Below are positions 18,989 to 26,968 of a stretch of DNA of 64,000 bases, piece by piece; within the stretch, counting starts at the first letter, position 1, and each line of letters opens with the position of its first letter. This DNA is from Blastocatellia bacterium. Its GTDB lineage: Bacteria > Acidobacteriota > Blastocatellia > UBA7656. Position numbers and translations under genes: made by a program. The stretch lies in the NCBI GenBank assembly GCA_963765495.1, contig CAVXWP010000002.1, forward strand, positions 480,001 to 544,000. The letters are read 5' to 3'. The notes beneath the pieces were generated by a model. It worked only from the letters and a program-made list of their open reading frames with translations, was not told where the DNA came from and did not search any database.

Positions 18989-20635
18989 ATGGAAAATTCC
19001 AAATTACGTTTTAATCGCACGAGTCCATCACTTCATCTGATAGCGATTGCCGTCATATTTGTCCTTGCCTTTTTAGGCTATGTTGCTGTCATCTGGTCAG
19101 GAGGGCTTCGCGGCTACGATCCGAGCAAGGTAGTCGCTGCCCGCGATCTGGCTCTATTTGTTCCGTTAATCGCCATCTTCTTCTGGCTGACGCGCAAGCA
19201 GAAATATCGCGGCGAGATGCTGCTGTTGACCGTGGCGATATTTCTCTTTGCCTTTGGTTTGTTGATGCAGTATCGGCTCTTTTCCGATCCCGAATACGGC
19301 GCTCGGGGCGGGGAGCGGTCAAAGGCGCGAAGCGCCAAGGCCCAGACCATACGGCTGCTGAATATCGAGACGGCCTACGACGACGAGAAAAAGACCTTTC
19401 TCTTTGGCAAGCCCGATGCCGTTCCCGAACGCCCGGCTGCCGAAACCAAGGAGGTATACGAATATACCACGGGCGACATTCTGACCTCGGTAAACACATA
19501 CATACCGATAGCCGCGTTTCTGGCTCTGGCAGTGGGTTTCGCGGTTTTCAAGAGCGACAATATGCTCCTGTGGCTGCAACGCCACGCCCTGCTCATAGGG
19601 CTGGTCACGCTGCTGCCGTTTGCAATCGTGGTGCTGCTCTTTAGTCAGGAAGGAAAATTTCTCGGTCAGACAACACCCTGGGAGGCTGTAAAGATACTCT
19701 TCCTTGTGAGCTTCGCCGGGATGCTCGCAGACACATATCATCATTTGCGCCGAACGCGCTGGGGATTGCCTCCGGCTCGTTATTTCTTTCCCTTTCTGTT
19801 GATAGCGGCCATGCCCGTGGTTCCCTTCTTCGCGCTGTCGGACTTCGGCCAGATGTTAGTCTTCTTCGGCGTTTACGTTATGCTCTACATCGTAGCCGTT
19901 CGCAAAAAGGCGCAGATGGCCTATGCGCTGCTGCTTGTGGCCGTAGTTTTTGGCGGATTCTTTTTGGCTTCGAGCGCGAAATCAGGCTTTGGCATCCCGG
20001 GCCGCGTCTATTTCAGGTTTTATCAGTGGGCCCACACCTGGGAGCCGCCACCGCCCGATACCTGGTGGTGGAAACGAGATTACGAGCGATATTTGAAAGC
20101 AACCAACCTGAATCCTGACCCCAATAACGAGCGGGAAGTCGCCCAGCGCAACCGCGAGGCGTGGTCCGACAAGGTGCTGCAACAGTCTCAAGGATTGTTT
20201 GGCATCAACGGGGGCGGCGTGACGGGTGAAGGGCTGGGGCTGGGCTACCCGGAGACGGTCCCAATATCGGATTCGGATTTCATCTATGCCGCTGTTGGGG
20301 AGGAAACTGGGCTTATGGGCGGGCTCGCTTTGCTGCTAGCTATAGTTGTATTCGTTTTCGCAGGCACTGCCATCAGTATTGGGGCTACAGATATGTTCAC
20401 AAAGCTGCTGGCCGCCGGATTTACTGCATTCGTGGGCTTTCAGGCTATAGTCAATATCGGAGGCGTGCTCCGCTTACTTCCTATGACCGGAATCACACTG
20501 CCTTTTGTGAGCCACGGCGGCTGGTCGCTCATCACCTCTTTTGCAATGCTCGGGATACTTCTGGCCTTCTCTCATCGTAACGCCGTCGCGCGTCCGATCG
20601 TAGAGAAAACGCCTGAATTTATTCCCGTCAGGTGA
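18989..20635 (+). CDS. SEDS family peptidoglycan glycosyltransferase (RodA/FtsW-like)
   Basis: SDFGQ, GEGLGLG, SDFIYAAVGEETG and PMTGITLPFVSHGGWSL motifs. Confidence 0.9.
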   Translation: MENSKLRFNRTSPSLHLIAIAVIFVLAFLGYVAVIWSGGLRGYDPSKVVAARDLALFVPLIAIFFWLTRKQKYRGEMLLLTVAIFLFAFGLLMQYRLFSDPEYGARGGERSKARSAKAQTIRLLNIETAYDDEKKTFLFGKPDAVPERPAAETKEVYEYTTGDILTSVNTYIPIAAFLALAVGFAVFKSDNMLLWLQRHALLIGLVTLLPFAIVVLLFSQEGKFLGQTTPWEAVKILFLVSFAGMLADTYHHLRRTRWGLPPARYFFPFLLIAAMPVVPFFALSDFGQMLVFFGVYVMLYIVAVRKKAQMAYALLLVAVVFGGFFLASSAKSGFGIPGRVYFRFYQWAHTWEPPPPDTWWWKRDYERYLKATNLNPDPNNEREVAQRNREAWSDKVLQQSQGLFGINGGGVTGEGLGLGYPETVPISDSDFIYAAVGEETGLMGGLALLLAIVVFVFAGTAISIGATDMFTKLLAAGFTAFVGFQAIVNIGGVLRLLPMTGITLPFVSHGGWSLITSFAMLGILLAFSHRNAVARPIVEKTPEFIPVR

Positions 20636-20777
20636 AATTTGGGGCCGGTTTTCATATTTTGCGGCATTTGTGTCCCAATTCGAGCGATTGTAAAATAGCT
20701 CTTAACGGTAGGGGCAATCAAAGAAAGTAGCAGTATATGCAACAGATAGCGCGTGAAATAACCTTGATTCAGAAGAC

Positions 20778-20793
20778 TGGCACGAGTGTTGCT
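20778..20793 (+). promoter_or_regulatory. Sigma-54 (-24/-12) promoter
   Basis: TGGCACG-AGTG-TTGCT, an exact match to the TGGCACG-N4-TTGCW consensus. Confidence 0.7.
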
Positions 20794-20803
20794 CCTTTAT
20801 AAG

Positions 20804-20893
20804 ATACATTTTAAGGGCATCACCCACCCAACGATGCTCGCAAGATACAACCTGAGGGGCCAAGAGGCATCGGATGATTCCGATGCCTTTTTA
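20804..20893 (+). ncRNA. Candidate sigma-54-dependent small RNA (about 90 nt)
   Basis: Bounded by the sigma-54 promoter and an intrinsic terminator. Internal hairpin GGGCATC-ACCCACCCAAC-GATGCTC. No credible ORF. Confidence 0.5.
20865..20892 (+). terminator. Rho-independent terminator
   Basis: AGGCATCGGA-TGAT-TCCGATGCCT, a 10-bp stem followed by a T run. Confidence 0.8.
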
Positions 20894-20989
20894 CTTTGCC
20901 CGGAAATAAAAGACGCAACTCAGATGATAAGGTTTGGCATCCGAATTCGCAGAGCCATTAATACTTCCAAAATGCAGGTTAGAATGCTT

Positions 20990-21096
20990 GAAATAGACCA
21001 CGGATGAACGCGGATGCGACGGATTTTCGCGGATCTGATCAAATATGGTCAAACACGTGCCGGTCCGTCGCATCCGCGTCCGTCCTGGCCTATTTC
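20990..21096. repeat. MITE/REP-like inverted-repeat element of about 107 bp with CGGAT periodic arms, copy 1
   Basis: Ends GAAATAGACCACGG...CCTGGCCTATTTC, CGGAT every 9-10 nt. Related to 63123-63230. Confidence 0.8.
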
Positions 21097-21148
21097 TACG
21101 TGCTCTTCATTCATGATCATTTGTACAAATCTCTTGCTGTCAAGAACA

Positions 21149-21179
21149 CCGGCCCCGACCCCCGACACCTGGCCCCCGG
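21149..21179. repeat. Degenerate GC-rich heptamer tandem repeat
   Basis: CCGGC CCCGACC CCCGACA CCTGGCC CCCGG, abutting the VWA gene stop. Confidence 0.65.
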
Positions 21180-21180
21180 T

Positions 21181-22110
21181 TTAATATTTGGCCCGGTAGC
21201 GGCCTGGATGAGAGCCTTTAGTGCGAAGTTTAATATCATCGGTATGTGGCATCAGAAGAAGTCTTCTAGCGTTTATCGGGCTTATACCGGAGGGCGCGTA
21301 TACCAGACGATACCAGTTCTTTCTCAAGTCTTCGCTAATCTGCTTGGCGGCATCAGCGATGTTCTCGAAATCTAAAATCGCGCCGCCTGTGCCTGTGGTG
21401 AGTTGTTCGAGCGCCGCCGGGGGCTTGGGCTTGTCTCGAAGAAGCGCCCCGCGCGTACGGTCCTTTACCTGAATGGCATAAAGGATAATATTTTCATCCT
21501 GTAGCGCATAAAGAGCATCATCGAATTTAGTCTTGCTCTGGCTGTCGTAGCCGTCGCTTATCAGGATGATGACACGTTTTTCTATTCCGGTCTTAGCCTG
21601 ATGCGCAAGCGCATCGGATACGGCTATTATCGCGTCGAACAGGTTTGGGACACCTTTGCGAATGATCTTTGACGATGCCGCTTGCAGCTTTGAAAGATCG
21701 GGGGTCATGTCTTCGATGATCTCGGCCGATTCGTTGTAGCCGACAAGCATCATCTCGTCATCTTCGTAAAGTTCGTTTACAACGGCAAGCACTGCCTGCT
21801 GGAGAGCGCCGGCATCGGCCTTGAGGCTCAGACTGCTATCTATCATCAGGATGATGCGAGAGCCTTTGTCGAGACGGGTGAATGATTCGATCTCTTGAGG
21901 AGTCCCGGCATCATACAGATCAAACTCGTCTCTTGAGACCTGTCTGCCTTCGGGCGCGTGAACTATAACGTTCAACGTTTCCGTGCGGCTGTAAGGAGCG
22001 CTTCCCTTTCCCGATTGCGCCTGAGTTGCGCTGGCAAGGCTAAGCGACACGATCAACAATGATATGAGTCTGAGTGATGAGAGCGGCATCGAAGACTTTA
22101 CCGATGGCAT
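21181..22110 (-). CDS. Secreted VWA-domain protein (Acidobacteria VWFA-related type)
   Basis: Signal peptide, MIDSSLS (DxSxS MIDAS), IILISDG and LTTGTGG. SD AGGAG before the ATG at 22110. Confidence 0.85.
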   Translation of the reverse strand: MPSVKSSMPLSSLRLISLLIVSLSLASATQAQSGKGSAPYSRTETLNVIVHAPEGRQVSRDEFDLYDAGTPQEIESFTRLDKGSRIILMIDSSLSLKADAGALQQAVLAVVNELYEDDEMMLVGYNESAEIIEDMTPDLSKLQAASSKIIRKGVPNLFDAIIAVSDALAHQAKTGIEKRVIILISDGYDSQSKTKFDDALYALQDENIILYAIQVKDRTRGALLRDKPKPPAALEQLTTGTGGAILDFENIADAAKQISEDLRKNWYRLVYAPSGISPINARRLLLMPHTDDIKLRTKGSHPGRYRAKY

Positions 22111-22301
22111 TTGAACTACTCCTGGGCAAATGTTGTTAAAAGGCTGGCGATACTGCTTTCGCAAACCGCCGCGTAGCGATTTCAGTAAACGATTTTCCGG
22201 CAATCAAATTATTCCAGAACGATGCGGAGGCGCGCAACTCCGACCGTCAACAGGGTGGTTTATGGTATCGGGAAAAGACCCGGCAAGCTCTCAGTAATTT
22301 C

Positions 22302-22330
22302 TTGACAGCGTTTGAGTTGGCCCATATAAT
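22302..22330 (+). promoter_or_regulatory. Consensus sigma-70 promoter of the HU gene
   Basis: TTGACA-N17-TATAAT, perfect consensus. Confidence 0.85.
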
Positions 22331-22390
22331 GGCAGCCTTTCGTACACGAGGCTCTCAAGGAATTCAATAGAAGAAAAAACGGAGGCTAGC

Positions 22391-22654
22391 GTGATCAAGC
22401 TGGATATAGTCAATCAGGTGGCCGATAAGACAGGCGTTCCAAAGATCAAGGCCGAAGTGGCTGTCGAGGCTTTGTTTGAAGCTATGAAGAACGCTTTACA
22501 ACGAGGTGATCGCATTGAGTTGCGCGGCTTCGGTGTCTTCGTAGTCAAGCCCCGCAAGCGTGGCGTCGGTCGCAATCCTCGCACGGGTGAAGTTACCGAT
22601 ATTCCACCGGGCAAAACGATCAGATTCAAACCCGGCAAAGAGCTTCAATCCTGA
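22391..22654 (+). CDS. HU/IHF family DNA-binding protein
   Basis: IELRGFGVF..KPRK..GRNPRTGE..FKPGKEL, SD GGAGG. Confidence 0.95.
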   Translation: MIKLDIVNQVADKTGVPKIKAEVAVEALFEAMKNALQRGDRIELRGFGVFVVKPRKRGVGRNPRTGEVTDIPPGKTIRFKPGKELQS

Positions 22655-22805
22655 TCCGGCGGCAAGCGACAGGCGTTTGTGAGCCTTAAGGCCAGAGCAT
22701 GCCCGGCAAGGGGTTGTAAATTCCTACTGATGATCGGTATCCAAAATTAGGGTGTCCGCCTCTGGCGGTTGACAGCCGAGTATTCAGCAGGAGTATTCTT
22801 ATTTT

Positions 22806-23813
22806 GTGGAAAGTACAAACCAGCCTTATCTTTTTCCCGAAGGTCAACCGTCACAACCGATGATAGATGAGCGCCTTTTGGTCTTGCCGCGTCCAAAAGA
22901 GCTATCACCTTCTCGCGTGGCGTTGCATATAGTGCTGCTCGTCGTGACAGGCATTACAACTACGCTGACCGGCGCGGCGCTTTCGGTCGAGGGTTTAACC
23001 GAATCTTCGTCGCTTATTCAGGAATTACTTGCTCCATTCATCGCGATCTTCACACAGGCAGCAGCGGGTAACTGGTCCGCGCTTACAAACGGATTTATCT
23101 TTGCCTTCACCCTGCTTACCATCCTCGGAGCGCACGAGATGGGCCATTATTTCGCCTGTCGTCATTATCGAATACGGGCCACGCTCCCTTTTTTCATACC
23201 TGCCCCGCCGATGCTTACTCCGTTTGGCACATTCGGCGCGGTGATAAAAATCAAAGAACCGATTACGACTCGCCGGGCGTTGTTTGATATAGGAATAGCA
23301 GGACCGCTCGCCGGGTTCGCCTTCGCCCTCCCCGCTTCAATCATCGGACTGATGATTGCAAAACCCGCTCAGCCCGTGACCGGGGGGTTACAATTTCATG
23401 ACCCGCTGTTTTTCATACTTATTATGAAGCTGTTTGGCCTGCCCAAGTGGATAGAGTGGAACCCGGTTTACTGGGCATCCTGGGGCGCGCTGCTTGTGAC
23501 TGCGCTAAACCTTTTCCCCGTGGGCCAGCTTGACGGAGGTCACGTCCTTTACGCTGTGACGGGCCGCCGCTTTCACAAATGGTTCTCGCGCATCACGGTG
23601 CTGGCAGTTGCGCTGCTTGCGGTCGCGTCGTTTGTCTTCTACGGCTCGCCTATATGGTTTCTCTGGACGTGCGTGTTGCTTTTTCTGCTCAAGGTCGGTC
23701 ATCCTCCTCTGATGGAAGAAGAGCCGCTCGGCACAGCAAGAATCATTCTGGCCGTGGTGGCTGCCTTAGTCTTTCTGCTCTGTTTCATGCCTTTTCCAAT
23801 CACGATCTCCTGA
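22806..23813 (+). CDS. Site-2 protease (M50) family membrane metalloprotease
   Basis: HEMGH (HExxH), AGPLAG and NLFPVGQLDGGH motifs. Confidence 0.92.
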   Translation: MESTNQPYLFPEGQPSQPMIDERLLVLPRPKELSPSRVALHIVLLVVTGITTTLTGAALSVEGLTESSSLIQELLAPFIAIFTQAAAGNWSALTNGFIFAFTLLTILGAHEMGHYFACRHYRIRATLPFFIPAPPMLTPFGTFGAVIKIKEPITTRRALFDIGIAGPLAGFAFALPASIIGLMIAKPAQPVTGGLQFHDPLFFILIMKLFGLPKWIEWNPVYWASWGALLVTALNLFPVGQLDGGHVLYAVTGRRFHKWFSRITVLAVALLAVASFVFYGSPIWFLWTCVLLFLLKVGHPPLMEEEPLGTARIILAVVAALVFLLCFMPFPITIS

Positions 23814-23955
23814 TGGATAAGAACGGATGGGACCTGCCTCCGCCGCTTCATCGCGCTATGGCTTGACAACGTGACATGGTATCATAGCCGGGTATTATTG
23901 CCGGGTCGCCGATAGTGCTACAAACCAAACGTAGGTTTATTATTCGAGGAGGAAA

Positions 23956-24819
23956 ATGGCAGAATCAGATCATTTCAAAATGCCGCCGCTCGCTTATCTC
24001 AATGCCGAATTCCTGAACGGCCAGGAAGCGAGAATCATACGAATCCTTTCGGAGTATATAGAGCCTGCCGCGCGTCTTCGTCGCTATCGCGTTCGCGACA
24101 CAATAGTATTTTTCGGATCGGCCCGCTCGGTCACGCCCGAAGTCGCTCAGATGAAATTGCTATCGCTCAAGGAAAAAATAGAAGAGTCGGGCGGGATTAC
24201 TCCCGAACTCGAAGCCGCGCAATTAAAGGCTCAATACGCGGTAAAGCTGGCACGGTACTATCAGCACGCGGTGGAGCTTTCCCGGCGAATGACCGAGTGG
24301 TCAAAGGCCTTGACGGGCGAAAGGCATTTCATAATCTGCTCCGGCGGCGGCGGCGGAATGATGGAGGCCGCAAATCAGGGCGCGTCGCTGGCCGGAGGCA
24401 AAAACATCGGCCTGAACATCAACCTGCCTTTTGAGCAGGAAGTGAATCATTACGTCTCGCGCGAATTGATCTTTAACTTTCATTACTTTTTCATGCGCAA
24501 GTTCTGGTTCGTCTATCTGGCCAAGGCGCTTGTGGTCTTTCCGGGCGGCTTCGGAACTATGGACGAGATGTTCGAAGTGTTGACGCTGATTCAAACAAAG
24601 ATGCCCCGCAAGAACATGCCCGTAGTCCTTTTCGGCACAGAGTTCTGGAATGAGATAATAAACTTTGAAGCGCTCGCAAAATGGGGGGTGATCAGCCCCA
24701 AGGACACGGATATATTTTTCATGACCGATTCGGTTGATGATGCCTTCGAGTACCTGACCACAAAGCTCGAAAAACTCTACCTGATGCCAGAGGGCCTCGA
24801 ACAGGTAAAACTTACGTGA
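23956..24819 (+). CDS. LOG family protein (TIGR00730-type Rossmann fold)
   Basis: FFGSAR, GGGGGMMEAAN, YFFMRK and PGGFGTMDE motifs. Confidence 0.92.
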   Translation: MAESDHFKMPPLAYLNAEFLNGQEARIIRILSEYIEPAARLRRYRVRDTIVFFGSARSVTPEVAQMKLLSLKEKIEESGGITPELEAAQLKAQYAVKLARYYQHAVELSRRMTEWSKALTGERHFIICSGGGGGMMEAANQGASLAGGKNIGLNINLPFEQEVNHYVSRELIFNFHYFFMRKFWFVYLAKALVVFPGGFGTMDEMFEVLTLIQTKMPRKNMPVVLFGTEFWNEIINFEALAKWGVISPKDTDIFFMTDSVDDAFEYLTTKLEKLYLMPEGLEQVKLT

Positions 24820-24927
24820 TGCGTGATGCGTGACGCAAGCAGGCTTGCAAGTGGCTCTGAACCTGCGGCCGGTCTGAAAGTCACGCAACAGGATTCACGA
24901 TTCACGGTTCACGATTCACGATTCACA
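24815..24927. repeat. Heptamer inverted-repeat element, family A
   Basis: (CGTGATG)n left arm contains the LOG stop. (TTCACGA)n right arm abuts the convergent stop at 24930. Confidence 0.85.
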
Positions 24928-24929
24928 AC

Positions 24930-25643
24930 TCATTTCACAGGCAGATCATTGATAGCGTCTATTATGCGCTCGATCAGATTCAGGTATTGGCCAAATATTT
25001 CATTGGCATCGGATTCGAGCCACACCTCATCGCTCGTATCGTAATCAAAAATGCGCTCAAGGACAGACTTATCAAGCTTCAGCAATTCGGCTAGTTTTAG
25101 GGCACAGGCTCGCGCATCGAATGGAGCGCGGCTGCCGAGCATTTCGAGCGCGTGGCGAAACAGTATCGCGAAGGTATCGAGTGAATCGGTCATCAATTGG
25201 GCAAGCCGCGCGGGGTTTGCCGATGCGGGAATGTAAAGCGTGCGCAGCCGCAGGAGTTTGCCGCGAAGCTCATATTCGAGCTGGTGACGCAGGTTTTGCG
25301 TGTCAATCTCAAGGGCATCGAAAGGACTCTCGCCGTAAAGGACGCGATGAGCACGGCTCATATCGATGAATTCCATCGGGAAAACGTCGGATGAATCTGT
25401 CACTTCGCGGCTGGTGAAGTAGATTGGAGGCGGGTTGCCCTGTCTGCGCCAGTCTTCCGCCAGTTCATGCGCCTCTTTCAAATCGCGGGGCGTTATTCGA
25501 CCGAGCACGACCAGGATATTTTTTGGCTCGTCATCATCCACCTGTTCGCCCGCAATAGCAGAGCCATAAAGTACGACAGACCTCAGATTCTCTTTATGCT
25601 TGCCAGTCAATCGCTCCACGAGATGAGTCAATGCTTCTGCCAA
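24930..25643 (-). CDS. Nucleotidyltransferase-like domain protein (TPM/LemA-operon associated)
   Basis: SVVLYGSA, DVFPMEFIDM and LRHQLEYELRGKLLRLR. Start placed at TTG 25643 after SD GGAGG. Confidence 0.75.
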   Translation of the reverse strand: MAEALTHLVERLTGKHKENLRSVVLYGSAIAGEQVDDDEPKNILVVLGRITPRDLKEAHELAEDWRRQGNPPPIYFTSREVTDSSDVFPMEFIDMSRAHRVLYGESPFDALEIDTQNLRHQLEYELRGKLLRLRTLYIPASANPARLAQLMTDSLDTFAILFRHALEMLGSRAPFDARACALKLAELLKLDKSVLERIFDYDTSDEVWLESDANEIFGQYLNLIERIIDAINDLPVK

Positions 25644-25692
25644 TATTATTAAACCTCCATTAGCGGTACACGAGATTTTGTGAATGATCGCC

Positions 25693-26571
25693 CTACCAGC
25701 TATCGCTTGCGCCGCCGCCGCCGAAATCTCCGCCGCCGCCAAATCCGCCGAAGCCACCTGATCCGCCATCCATTCCGCCCCAGTCCGAGCCTCCACGGTG
25801 GCCGCCCATTCCGCCAAAACCGCCTCGCCCGCCGCCAAGGATCATCCCCAGCAACATCCAATTAAGCCCGCTGCCGCGTCTGCCGTACCGTCTGCCGCCG
25901 GGGCCGCCTCGCCCGCCGCCTATCGCGTTGATAATCATGAAGAGGATGAATATGCCAAGCATAATTAGTGACGGTGAGATTCTTATTCCCCGGCTGCGCC
26001 TCTCGCTTCCGCGATAGGCTTGCCTTTTGTCTATGCCATCCATCGAGATGCCCTGTTTATCGGCTATCGTCGCCACGATAGTCTGCACCCCGGTGGTCAA
26101 TGCCTGATTAAACCGGCCCGCCTGAAAATCGTCTCTCATGCGACGGATCAATTCAAACGCAAGACCATCGGGTATATCTCCTTCGAGGTGGCGGCTGATT
26201 TCCATGCGCGTATCGCCGTGATAGAGACCATCACTGCCGGGCTCTTTGATCACAACCAGAAGCAATGCGGCGGGAGTCTTTGCCCCGCGCCCGACTCCCC
26301 ATTGACGACCGAGTTGCAGCCCGTACTGTTCTATGGTGTAGCCATGTAAATCAGCTTCGGGGATGGTAACGACGGATATCTCTATCTGGCTGCGGTCGCG
26401 GAAATTCTCAAGCAGTGTTTCAAGATTCTGTCTGGTCGAGGAATCGAGTTTGTTCGCAAAGTCATTCACCATACCCTGTGGCTGGGGCAACTGAGGTTGA
26501 GCCATAGAGATTGATGAAAATAAGAACAAGACCGTTAATACTCTGAAAGCCGGAGAGAGTCTCTTTATCAT
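25693..26571 (-). CDS. TPM domain protein (YgcG-like) with Gly-rich tail
   Basis: VNDFA, QWGVG, LEGDIPD, TM helix and C-terminal GGFGGGGDFGGGGASDSW. Confidence 0.9.
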   Translation of the reverse strand: MIKRLSPAFRVLTVLFLFSSISMAQPQLPQPQGMVNDFANKLDSSTRQNLETLLENFRDRSQIEISVVTIPEADLHGYTIEQYGLQLGRQWGVGRGAKTPAALLLVVIKEPGSDGLYHGDTRMEISRHLEGDIPDGLAFELIRRMRDDFQAGRFNQALTTGVQTIVATIADKQGISMDGIDKRQAYRGSERRSRGIRISPSLIMLGIFILFMIINAIGGGRGGPGGRRYGRRGSGLNWMLLGMILGGGRGGFGGMGGHRGGSDWGGMDGGSGGFGGFGGGGDFGGGGASDSW

Positions 26572-26968
26572 AATTCCATTTCCTTGCCGCAACCACGAAT
26601 AAGATTTTCGGTGAATTGTTTTTAACATCCGGCGGCTTGACGATCCTTCAATACTTATCATGACTAATATTGACCTCACTATTCATGATAACTGACGGGG
26701 CGGGAAAAAGGAAAAAGATCCGCGCTGAGGTTTCAATCAGGTTGAGCGATAACGGTTGTGTTTGTGGAAATCGGTTTATGGATTTGACCTCGGAAGCGTG
26801 TTGCTGTTGAATATTGGCAACCGCAATCTCCAAAGAGGGGTTGACACTTGCCGGGCAATAATTTTTGTGGTGCAGGCGCAGCCATAGTTTTTCGAAGAGA
26901 GCGCCATTCAAGTCTCCTGATGCGGCATACCGGCGCGCCGTTCTTGAGATTGATGAGGAGATCGGCGA

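Noticed and set aside
20786-21375. Track ORFs 20786..21007, 20891..21073 and 21004..21375 as proteins
   Set aside because: They cross a terminator, an IR element or the antisense of the VWA gene, with no SD or protein-like features.
25644-25838. Extended N-terminus of ORF 24930..25838
   Set aside because: It overlaps the Gly-rich tail of the TPM gene in another frame. An SD plus TTG at 25643 is the better start.
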